This document shows, piece by piece, positions 21,356 through 29,130 of a stretch of 64,000 nt of DNA. The stretch spans positions 464-64,463 of the forward strand of contig CACXPX010000014.1 in NCBI GenBank assembly GCA_902769705.1, given 5' to 3'. Both the position numbers and the translations under genes were made by a program. Origin of the DNA: an uncultured Prevotellaceae bacterium. GTDB taxonomy: Bacteria > Bacteroidota > Bacteroidia > Bacteroidales > Bacteroidaceae. Each line of letters begins with the position of its first letter. Position 1 is the stretch's first letter. The notes under the pieces are model-generated. The model had not been told where the DNA came from. It saw only the letters and a list, made by a program, of their open reading frames with translations, and made no database searches.

Positions 21356-22543
21356 TTATCTGTTTCCTTTCGCCCTATTGTGCGTCTTGCAGAGCATCTG
21401 GCAGTTATCGATGTCCGTGCTGCCGCCCTTGCTCCAAGCCGTCACATGGTCTGCATCCATTTCGGTGAGTTTCCAAATGCGAGTGCGGTTGGCGTCGTGC
21501 CCTAATGCGCAATAAGGGCAGTTCGATTCGCCTTTCTTCTCAGCAACCTCTGTTTGCTGGGCATATACGGCTTTCTTGGTGGGTTCGTCGAAGACTCTCA
21601 CATTCAGCAATCGAGGCTCCTGACAATCGCCAAGCACATATTCATAGATGCCTTTCTTGTCCTTCACGAAGAAACTCTCATACAATTCGCGAACCTTGGC
21701 AGCGACAGCCGTTGGGTCGTAGGCCTTGTTGTGATATCGTTCGTAGAGTTCGCCCCAACGCAGTCCGCACATCTCCTTCTCGGGTACAAAGTCAAAGACC
21801 GACGTTATCCAGTCGATGACGGACGTGAAATAGGCCTTCATCTCTTGGATATTATCTTCATAGCGGTGTGCAGCCATATAGTTCTCAATAGACTTGTTGT
21901 CGCCCGTGTCCTTCGAAATCCAAGCAAGGGCTGTATGCAAATAGTCCTGACGCTTCACGTTGCCGGGAATGAAGAACCGCCACTTGTTGATGTTCGGGTT
22001 GTTCGAATTCGAGAACTCCTCCTTGGCTTTCGTCACAAAGGGGCCGCTATAAACCGAGTTCAGTATCTCCTGTGGGTTGAGCGGTATGCCCACGATGTTG
22101 ATGGTGCGGAACCAGTCTTTGATTTCCCTCTCCGTTCCCTCGCAGACGTAGATGAGCAGACGGGTATTCAGGAAACGCTCCTGCTCGTCTTTGTTCAGAG
22201 CCGTGAAATACCAAGGACGCCCGTCGGCATCAATCCAAGCAAACTTCTCGGTGATGAAACGTCCCAGCGAAGTGATGCGTTGCTGACCGTCGAGCACCTC
22301 ATAACGGTCTTCACCCACCTTCGAGAAATAAATCAGACCCAACGGATAGCCGTTGCGAACGGACTGAATCACGTCCATCTCCTTTTTTCCGCCATTCTCG
22401 GCATAGAGGTAATGGCGCTGATATTCGGGCTGAATGGTCAGTCGGCCTGAAAGACCATACAGCCCTTTGCCTTCGTATTCGTTATACTGGAAACCCTTGC
22501 AGATGTCGCCTATCGTCCAGTCGGTGATAAGAGTTGGTGTCAT
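21356..22543 (-). CDS. DUF262 (GmrS-like) plus C-terminal HNH endonuclease
   Basis: QPEYQR, DGQQR, F..IN..G..L; CPYC...DADH...GG...[14 protein letters not shown]. Confidence 0.9.
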   Translation of the reverse strand: MTPTLITDWTIGDICKGFQYNEYEGKGLYGLSGRLTIQPEYQRHYLYAENGGKKEMDVIQSVRNGYPLGLIYFSKVGEDRYEVLDGQQRITSLGRFITEKFAWIDADGRPWYFTALNKDEQERFLNTRLLIYVCEGTEREIKDWFRTINIVGIPLNPQEILNSVYSGPFVTKAKEEFSNSNNPNINKWRFFIPGNVKRQDYLHTALAWISKDTGDNKSIENYMAAHRYEDNIQEMKAYFTSVIDWITSVFDFVPEKEMCGLRWGELYERYHNKAYDPTAVAAKVRELYESFFVKDKKGIYEYVLGDCQEPRLLNVRVFDEPTKKAVYAQQTEVAEKKGESNCPYCALGHDANRTRIWKLTEMDADHVTAWSKGGSTDIDNCQMLCKTHNRAKGNR

Positions 22544-22548
22544 ATCGG

Positions 22549-23688
22549 TTATTGTTTTTTGCGGATGAGAATGCGTGCGTATGGTTTCTGAGGTATTCCG
22601 TCCTCGTCAATATAATAGAGTTGACCGTCTCTTAGGCTCTTGTTCAATTTCTTTAGTTCGCGAGGATAAGGTTTCAGACCAAGTTCTTTCCCAGAATCTC
22701 CTTCTGCAAAACCTATCAATTCAAATTGCTCAGGACAGTATTTGTCAAGAAATGTAGTTGGAACTCCCATTGCGCCATCATAATCAGATGGAATTGAATC
22801 AACATAAGGAATATCAATAGCATCGTAATTCTCATATTGGATATATCCACGCTCACGGATTTTCTTTCGTTTACTATAGCGTAAATTGTCCTTCATAGTC
22901 ATTAAGTTGAGCGACTCATGACGTCGTCCATGTTCCATATTTGTAAACCAACAAGAATTTCCTAAACGTGTATAGTCACCAACATATCCCAGCTTTGCAG
23001 CCTTGGCCTTATCTTTGGGATCAACATCCGTTCCTTTGGGAACTGCGAATACCATGTCATTCATGAAACCAGTTGCACCAAGCCACAGCCGATTATCCTT
23101 TATGCAGGGGAAAATTTCTTTATATGTAATTGCATTTAGATTGCCTATTATCAATAGCGCTTTGTTTGCATTAAGACACCATGCTACAAACTCCCTAAAT
23201 AAACTGAACGGTGGGTTCGTCACTATGATATCCGCCTCGTCTCTTAACTTGCAGACCTCACGGCTTCGGAAGTCGCCATCGCCTTCAAGGTAGTGCCACT
23301 CCAGGTCATCAATGTCGATACGACCGTTTTGGTTGGTGTCGTGTGTCAGTTCGAATATCTTTCCTTTGATGCGCGTCTTGTCGGCATCGAACAGTGGGCT
23401 CTCGGTCTCGAACAGCGAGGGCTGGTAGTTCTTATACTTCTTGCTCTCCACGGCATACGACGTACTGATGAGCCGCTTCAGTCCAAGCCGCTCGAAGTTC
23501 TGCGCGAAGAACCGAGTGAAGTTGCTCCACTCCGGATCGTCGCACGGCAGCAGCACCGTCTTGTCGCGAAACGTGTCGGGATTGTATTCCAGATAGGCGT
23601 TCACCTCTTTCTGAATATCGGCATACTGCGTATAGAACTCATCGTTCTTCGCCGCCTTCGCTGCACCAAGGTTAGTATTGTTGGCCAT
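22549..23688 (-). CDS. Adenine-specific DNA methyltransferase, EcoRI family
   Basis: [32 protein letters not shown]. Confidence 0.92.
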   Translation of the reverse strand: MANNTNLGAAKAAKNDEFYTQYADIQKEVNAYLEYNPDTFRDKTVLLPCDDPEWSNFTRFFAQNFERLGLKRLISTSYAVESKKYKNYQPSLFETESPLFDADKTRIKGKIFELTHDTNQNGRIDIDDLEWHYLEGDGDFRSREVCKLRDEADIIVTNPPFSLFREFVAWCLNANKALLIIGNLNAITYKEIFPCIKDNRLWLGATGFMNDMVFAVPKGTDVDPKDKAKAAKLGYVGDYTRLGNSCWFTNMEHGRRHESLNLMTMKDNLRYSKRKKIRERGYIQYENYDAIDIPYVDSIPSDYDGAMGVPTTFLDKYCPEQFELIGFAEGDSGKELGLKPYPRELKKLNKSLRDGQLYYIDEDGIPQKPYARILIRKKQ

Positions 23689-23729
23689 ACTTGCAATTGA
23701 TAGTTAGTAACAATTGCACTCTACTATCA

Positions 23730-23993
23730 ATCACGCCACTGAACACAAAAAAGCGTGATGCACCTTTTGCGTTCAGCTATGAGGCAGCCTCGGATGGAAA
23801 CCCCAGTCGTCTTAACAAGTATGCACCACGCCGAAGCGTGTGCATCGCTAATATATAGACGACAAGGCACTCCATACGAGCGTCTTATCACATATTATTT
23901 CTGTGCGTTGTTATTTCCAATAAGTTTCCGAGGCTTTTGGCTGAACGCGAAATAATAGCGAATGCTTTCATTAGTCCGGATTTCTCCCCGAAC
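23730..23993 (-). ncRNA. Structured 5' leader (candidate attenuator) of the methyltransferase-nuclease operon
   Basis: Nested complementary segments, UUCG tetraloop hairpin, mutually exclusive 3' pairings; see findings. Confidence 0.65.
23888..23971 (-). CDS. 27-aa upstream leader peptide MKAFAIISRSAKSLGNLLEITTHRNNM
   Basis: First ATG after the TACCTTTG box; encodes the 5' strands of the leader stems. Confidence 0.5.
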   Translation of the reverse strand: MKAFAIISRSAKSLGNLLEITTHRNNM

Positions 23994-23999
23994 TGAGGG

Positions 24000-24007
24000 C
24001 AAAGGTA
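24000..24007 (-). promoter_or_regulatory. -7 box for the leader and restriction operon
   Basis: TACCTTTG on the minus strand. Confidence 0.65.
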
Positions 24008-24102
24008 TAAAAAACTTTGGAAAGTATGCTTCTTTTGGGTGAAAAACTTCAAATAAATAATGGCTCCAAAATAAAGAAAATAAGCTAACATGCTGTTCTG
24101 AG

Positions 24103-24338
24103 GAGTTTTTTTCGAGTTTTTCAATTGTCGTCTGATGAGCCGAAACGCCCTGTCAGACGGCTTTTCGCGAGGTTCCGTCGAGTTTTTTGCATAAAAAAGC
24201 CAAAAACTTTTATATTCTTTTCCTTCTTTATTTTTTTTTGAGAAAAAACACCCAAAAACTCGGTTCGGGTCACTTAAATCGTTGTGTAACAGATATTTAC
24301 GTACATTTAGAACTTCGGCAAAAACTCGGAAAAAACTC
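24103..24338. repeat. Symmetric element with 19-bp outer inverted repeats and four CGAGTTTTT boxes
   Basis: gagtttttttcgagttttt (24103-24121) versus aaaaactcggaaaaaactc (24320-24338). Confidence 0.6.
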
Positions 24339-24361
24339 TTTGCTGGTGGATGGAGTACGAC

Positions 24362-24410
24362 AAAAAAACAAAAGGCCACCGAACTCACATTACCGAGTCA
24401 GGTGGTCTTT
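24362..24410 (-). terminator. Terminator of the AAA ATPase gene
   Basis: AAAGGCCACC/GGTGGTCTTT stem, T run on the minus strand. Confidence 0.7.
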
Positions 24411-24426
24411 ACTTAGTCTGCTTTTG

Positions 24427-24514
24427 TCATTAGCCCCTAATGGGCGTGTCATTAGCCACTAATGGGCGTGTCATTAACCCCTAATGAGGAGGTCATTAAC
24501 CCCTAATGAGGAGA
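24427..24514. repeat. 22-bp period tandem array, 4 units
   Basis: tcattagcccctaatgggcgtg / tcattagccactaatgggcgtg / tcattaacccctaatgaggagg / tcattaacccctaatgaggaga. Confidence 0.92.
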
Positions 24515-24523
24515 CCCCTCTCG

Positions 24524-25891
24524 TTACAAAAACATTGTCATTAGGGCGGGAAACAGTGTTGTTTCACCATCCTTTTTGTAATCCTTAGTATATACAAGAT
24601 AGCGGTTGCTGATGCGCTCTGAGTATTTCTTGCAGAACTCATCCAACGATTTGTGCGTTTTATAACCAGATGACTTGACTTCCAGAGGCCAAAGCTTTGC
24701 ACCACGTGAAAGCAGGAAATCGACCTCGTAATTATGGTTAGAGGTTTCTGATGGCCATGTATGGTAGAACAGTTTATTACCAGTAGCCGTAAGCATTTGC
24801 GCAACGATGTTTTCATAAACATAGCCAAGATTTGCGGAGAGCTTGTCGGAAAGCAGTTTCTGGTAGATGACATTCTCCGTAATATCCTTATCCCAGAAAG
24901 CAAGAGTTACAAAAAGTCCCGTGTCACCGACATACATCTTATATTGGTTATAATCCGTATGCATAGGCATACCTACATGAGGGTCGTTTGCATGATGGGC
25001 GAAATTGACAGTCAGACTGTCCTCCAAATCCCTTAGTAGTTCGTCCATCGTGTGCTTATCTTCACTTCGTCCAAGTACACTTGTGACCTGATAACGTGAA
25101 GCATTCTTAGACAATTCTGAAGGTATTCCGCTAAACAAACGTGAAACTTTGCCTGACGGGTCTATTTTCAGGAAATCATCATAGTAGAGTTCTATTATCT
25201 CCCTCTTCACCGAATCAACAAGACTAAGATTATTGGTGTTAATATATTCATCGACAGCCTGAGGCATCCCTCCAACAAGCATATAGAGGCGGAAATCACG
25301 CATAGCTTTACGGAAGGATTGCTGAAGAGGATGTCCTTTCTCATAGAATTCATGAAGCAAGGGAATTGTCGCAGTGTCACCCATAGCCCATCGGAACTCT
25401 TCATAATCCATAGGGTACATGGTGAGTCGCGTTTCCTCACTGGGAATGACAATACCCTTAGTGTTTTTCTTGATGGAGAGCAGCGAACCCGTCTCGATAT
25501 AATCATATCGATGGTCTTTCACTAAATATTTGATGGCTTGACGTACGGCTGGGCATTTCTGTATTTCATCGAAGATGATAACAGAGTGGCGTTCTATCAA
25601 CCTTACATTATAAATGAACTGGAGTTGGGTGAAAAAGTAGTTGCGATCTGAAATATGGTCTACAGCCGCCCAAAGTTCATCGGGGGCATCAGCGAAATCC
25701 ACGACTATGTAACTCTCATATTCATTGCGTGCAAACTCCTCAGCAATAGTAGATTTACCCACACGCCTTGCTCCTTTGATGAGTAGGGCTGTCTTACCAT
25801 CCCGCTCTTGTTTCCATTTGAGCATCGCCTCGTAGATTTTGCGCTTGAAAACTTTTTTCTCTGATTCCATTTCGTATCTAATATGCTGCAT
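24524..25891 (-). CDS. AAA+ ATPase with DUF4143 domain (start 25891 or 25870)
   Basis: GARRVGKS, FDEIQ, ETGSLL, GGMPQAV, D.GL, EVDFLL...EVKS; visibly AT-richer than flanking housekeeping genes. Confidence 0.92.
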   Translation of the reverse strand: MQHIRYEMESEKKVFKRKIYEAMLKWKQERDGKTALLIKGARRVGKSTIAEEFARNEYESYIVVDFADAPDELWAAVDHISDRNYFFTQLQFIYNVRLIERHSVIIFDEIQKCPAVRQAIKYLVKDHRYDYIETGSLLSIKKNTKGIVIPSEETRLTMYPMDYEEFRWAMGDTATIPLLHEFYEKGHPLQQSFRKAMRDFRLYMLVGGMPQAVDEYINTNNLSLVDSVKREIIELYYDDFLKIDPSGKVSRLFSGIPSELSKNASRYQVTSVLGRSEDKHTMDELLRDLEDSLTVNFAHHANDPHVGMPMHTDYNQYKMYVGDTGLFVTLAFWDKDITENVIYQKLLSDKLSANLGYVYENIVAQMLTATGNKLFYHTWPSETSNHNYEVDFLLSRGAKLWPLEVKSSGYKTHKSLDEFCKKYSERISNRYLVYTKDYKKDGETTLFPALMTMFL

Positions 25892-25899
25892 AGTGAATG

Positions 25900-25998
25900 C
25901 AAAGATAAACGTTTTTGTTAGAATCCCCAAATTTATTTCCATAAAAATGTATGGAATCCCCAAATTTTACACGAAAGAACCGTTCAAAATCCCCAAAT
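25900..25998 (-). promoter_or_regulatory. Promoter with three AATCCCCAAAT boxes at 33-bp period
   Basis: TATCTTTG 25907-25900; TTTG 25931-25928 inside box 1; boxes start at 25922, 25955, 25988. Confidence 0.75.
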
Positions 25999-26037
25999 GT
26001 TTACCAAAAGTTTTATTATTTGGTTACAATCTATAAA

Positions 26038-26077
26038 CAAAAAGCCCCGCTATGCACTGGTGGCATAACGGGGTTTT
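26038..26077 (-). terminator. Terminator of the nuo operon
   Basis: CCCCGTTATGC/GCATAGCGGGG stem plus T run. Confidence 0.8.
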
Positions 26078-26111
26078 GGGGGTATCGCTAATCAACAGCT
26101 GAAAAGGAGCG

Positions 26112-27572
26112 TCAGGCTCCTGTGACGCTGCTGAGCCAGCCGTAGATGCAGGAGAAGACTCCGAAGGCTACGATGCCCAGGGTGCAGAGGGCGAGGGCCA
26201 GCTTGGTGGCACGGTCGCTCTGGAATGCGGGCAGAGGAGCGGTGGTCTTCTTGATGTACATCTCCTTGACGATGAGCAGATAGTAGTAGAGGCTGGGAAC
26301 GGTGTTCACCAATGCCACGAACACTACGAAGTAGGCCCAGAAGGAACCTTGCTCGGCTGCTGCCATGAAGACGAAGAACTTGGAGAACATGCCTGCGAAG
26401 GGCGGGATGCCTGCCAGAGAGAACAGGGCGAGTGTCATGAGGAATGACAGACGCGGGTTGGTCTGGTAGAATCCGGCATAGCTGTCGCGCTGGGTGGTGC
26501 CTCCGTTGTTGTGCTCAACGACTGAGATGACGCTGAAGACGGCGAGGTTGGCTGCCACATAGATGAGCGTGTAGAACATCAGGGCGGTGAGTCCCATGGC
26601 TGAGTTTCCAATCACGGCGAGCATGATGTAGCCGGCCTGTGAAATGGAGCTGAAGGCCATGAATCGCTTGAGTTCCTTCTGTCGCATGGCGAAGAGGTTA
26701 CCAATGGTGATGGTGAGCACGATGACGATGTAGAGCAATGTCTCCCAATACTCGACGATGGGGCTGAAGACCTTCATCAGGATGGTGCAGAGGGCGAAGG
26801 CTGCGGCTCCCTTGGAGATGACGCTGAGGTATCCCGTGACGGGTGTGGGCGCTCCCTGATAGGTGTCGGCTGTCCAGAAGTGGAAGGGCACGAGGGAGAG
26901 CTTGAAGCCAAGTCCTGCGAAGAAGAACACGAGTCCCACGATGAGGAACACGGGGGTGTAGTAGGCGGCGCTCACGAGGGCGCTCATCTTGGCGGCTGCA
27001 TCGTCGAAGTAGAGTGTTCCGCATGCGCCATAGACGAAGGAGATGCCATAGAGCATGATGGCCGAGGAGAAGGTGGCGGTGAGGATGTACTTGGCGCCAG
27101 CCTCGGCAGAGACTTTCTTCCACTTGTCCATTGCCACGAGGCACGCCATGGGCACTGAGGCCATTTCGAGCCCGAGGAAGAACATGAGGAAGTGGCCGGA
27201 GGACATCATGACATACATGCCGAGCAGCGTGGAGACGATGAGCATGTAGAACTCGCCCTCGTAGCGGCGGGCCACGGGAGTGTTCTCAATCCACGTCTGT
27301 GCCATGATGCAGACCACGAGCGAACCGCCCGTGAGGATGAGCTTCATGGCGTTGGCGGCTGCCGTTGAGACATAGATGCCGCCAAACACTTCAGCAGGTG
27401 CTGCCAGGGCACAGGGAATGAGCTGCAGGAGCAGCAGCGTGTGGGCGAGGCAACGCAAGATGGAGTGTTTCTTCTCGCTCTTGTTGAGCGCGAAGTCGGC
27501 AAAGAACAATATTATCAGAATAGCTACCAGCGTAGCTTCTGGAATCATCTGTAAGAATTGTGAATAGTTCAT
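26112..27572 (-). CDS. nuoN: NADH-quinone oxidoreductase subunit N
   Basis: GLEMAS, FKLSLVPFHFWTADTYQGAP, LSLAGIPPFAGMFSK-type motif. Confidence 0.97.
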   Translation of the reverse strand: MNYSQFLQMIPEATLVAILIILFFADFALNKSEKKHSILRCLAHTLLLLQLIPCALAAPAEVFGGIYVSTAAANAMKLILTGGSLVVCIMAQTWIENTPVARRYEGEFYMLIVSTLLGMYVMMSSGHFLMFFLGLEMASVPMACLVAMDKWKKVSAEAGAKYILTATFSSAIMLYGISFVYGACGTLYFDDAAAKMSALVSAAYYTPVFLIVGLVFFFAGLGFKLSLVPFHFWTADTYQGAPTPVTGYLSVISKGAAAFALCTILMKVFSPIVEYWETLLYIVIVLTITIGNLFAMRQKELKRFMAFSSISQAGYIMLAVIGNSAMGLTALMFYTLIYVAANLAVFSVISVVEHNNGGTTQRDSYAGFYQTNPRLSFLMTLALFSLAGIPPFAGMFSKFFVFMAAAEQGSFWAYFVVFVALVNTVPSLYYYLLIVKEMYIKKTTAPLPAFQSDRATKLALALCTLGIVAFGVFSCIYGWLSSVTGA

Positions 27573-27589
27573 ATCGATTCCTCCTCCTT

Positions 27590-29089
27590 TTAAATTGTGG
27601 CCATAGCCGGATTAACTACTGAAAGAATGGGCACCAGAGCATTGTCGATGATGGGCTTGAAGAAGAACGGAGTGAGTCCGAGGCCAGCCACACAGAAGAT
27701 GAGGCAGGCAACGGCTATACGCTCGTCCCAAGTGGCATCGGTGAGCAGCTCGTAGTGGGGGTCGGCAACCTTGCCCATCAGAATCTTACCGGCCACGCGC
27801 AGGATATAGACTGCTGTGACCACGATGGATGTGCAGGCAATGATGGTGCAGACACGATGGAAGGTGTCGGCATTCTGGAACGAACCCACGAAGATGGTCA
27901 TCTCAGCCGTGAAGCCCGAGAAACCGGGAAGTCCGAGGTTGGCCAAACCGGCGATGAGATAGCCTACGGCAAGGAAGGGCATAATCTTCATCAGTCCGCC
28001 CAACTTGCGCACGTCACGGGTGTGGGTGCGGCCATAAATCATACCGATGAGGGCAAAGAAGAGGGCCGTCATCAAACCGTGGGAGAGCATCTGCAGGATG
28101 GCACCCGAGCAAGAGGTCTGCGTCATCATCAGCAGGGCAAAGAGCACCAGGCCGCAGTGGCTGACTGATGAATAGGCGTTGATGTACTTCAGGTCGGTCT
28201 GCACACAAGCCGAGAGGGCTCCATAGACCACGCTGATGGTGGTGAGGATGAGGAATATCCATGCCAGCTCCTGAGCAGCCTCAGGCAACAGGTACATGGC
28301 CACACGGAAACAGCCATAGCCTCCGAGCTTCATCAGCACTCCGGCATGGAGCATTGACACGGCTGTGGGGGCTGAAGCATGACCGTCGGGAGACCATGTG
28401 TGGAACGGGAACATGGCACCAAGCACGCCGAAGCCGATGAAGATGAACGGGAAGAACACCTTCTGGATGGCAACGGGGATGTTGTGCATGGTGGCAATCT
28501 CCACCACATTCATCGTTGAGGCTCCTGAGAAGAAATAGATGCCCAGGATGCCAATGATGAGCAGGGCGGAACCTCCCATGAGCATCAGGGTGAGCTTCAT
28601 GGCAGAATACTCCTTGGCTCCACTACCCCACACGCCGATGAGCAGATACATGGGGATGAGGGCCACCTCGTAGAACATGAACATCGTGAAGAGGTCGATG
28701 GTGATGAAGAATCCGAACACACCCGTGGAAAGCAGCGTGAACCAAAGGAAATACTCCTTGGTGAGCGGCTTGAGCTGCCATGAGGCGAAGGTTCCGGTGA
28801 AGACGATGATGCTCGACAGAAGCAACATCACCACCGAGATGCCATCAACGCCCACAGCATAGGCGATGTTCAGAGGTTTGAACCAAGGTATGCTATCAGC
28901 AAGCAGCATCACATCGGTATTACCAGCTGCACGCTGCTGAACGAAATATACGGTCAGCCAAATGGACAGGGCCAGCAAGCACGATGCACCGGCCACCATC
29001 ACACCACGCACCTGATTGAGATTCTTCGAGAGCCAAAGGCCCAGAAGCATCAGGACGGGGATTACTACGAATAGACTTAATATATTCAT
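27590..29089 (-). CDS. nuoM: NADH-quinone oxidoreductase subunit M
   Basis: FYEVALIPMY, PFHTWSPDGHASAP, KLGGYG, LGLPGFSGF. Confidence 0.97.
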   Translation of the reverse strand: MNILSLFVVIPVLMLLGLWLSKNLNQVRGVMVAGASCLLALSIWLTVYFVQQRAAGNTDVMLLADSIPWFKPLNIAYAVGVDGISVVMLLLSSIIVFTGTFASWQLKPLTKEYFLWFTLLSTGVFGFFITIDLFTMFMFYEVALIPMYLLIGVWGSGAKEYSAMKLTLMLMGGSALLIIGILGIYFFSGASTMNVVEIATMHNIPVAIQKVFFPFIFIGFGVLGAMFPFHTWSPDGHASAPTAVSMLHAGVLMKLGGYGCFRVAMYLLPEAAQELAWIFLILTTISVVYGALSACVQTDLKYINAYSSVSHCGLVLFALLMMTQTSCSGAILQMLSHGLMTALFFALIGMIYGRTHTRDVRKLGGLMKIMPFLAVGYLIAGLANLGLPGFSGFTAEMTIFVGSFQNADTFHRVCTIIACTSIVVTAVYILRVAGKILMGKVADPHYELLTDATWDERIAVACLIFCVAGLGLTPFFFKPIIDNALVPILSVVNPAMATI

Positions 29090-29090
29090 T

Positions 29091-29130
29091 TCGTGATATC
29101 GTTATTACGTTATATCGTTATGTCGTTATT
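29091..29130. repeat. Octamer tandem repeat (TCGTTATN)x5 filling the nuoL-nuoM spacer
   Basis: tcgtgata tcgttatt acgttata tcgttatg tcgttatt. Confidence 0.8.

Noticed and set aside
24129-24160. CTGATGAG-CC-GAAAC resembling a hammerhead ribozyme core
   Set aside because: Only 3 nt lie between CUGAUGA and GAAA, so stem II cannot form, and CGTCTGA pairs with TCAGACG in a simple hairpin.
23888-24388. 166-aa ORF upstream of the methyltransferase
   Set aside because: It runs through low-complexity repeats and across the promoter. Only its last 27 codons, after the -7 box, are plausible.
24427-24514. CRISPR interpretation of the 22-bp arrays
   Set aside because: Units are contiguous with 5-nt spacers, there are only 4-5 copies, and no cas genes or leader are present.
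20300-26100. Prophage, ICE or IS element as carrier of the defence island
   Set aside because: No integrase, transposase, relaxase, phage gene or tRNA attachment site is in the window.
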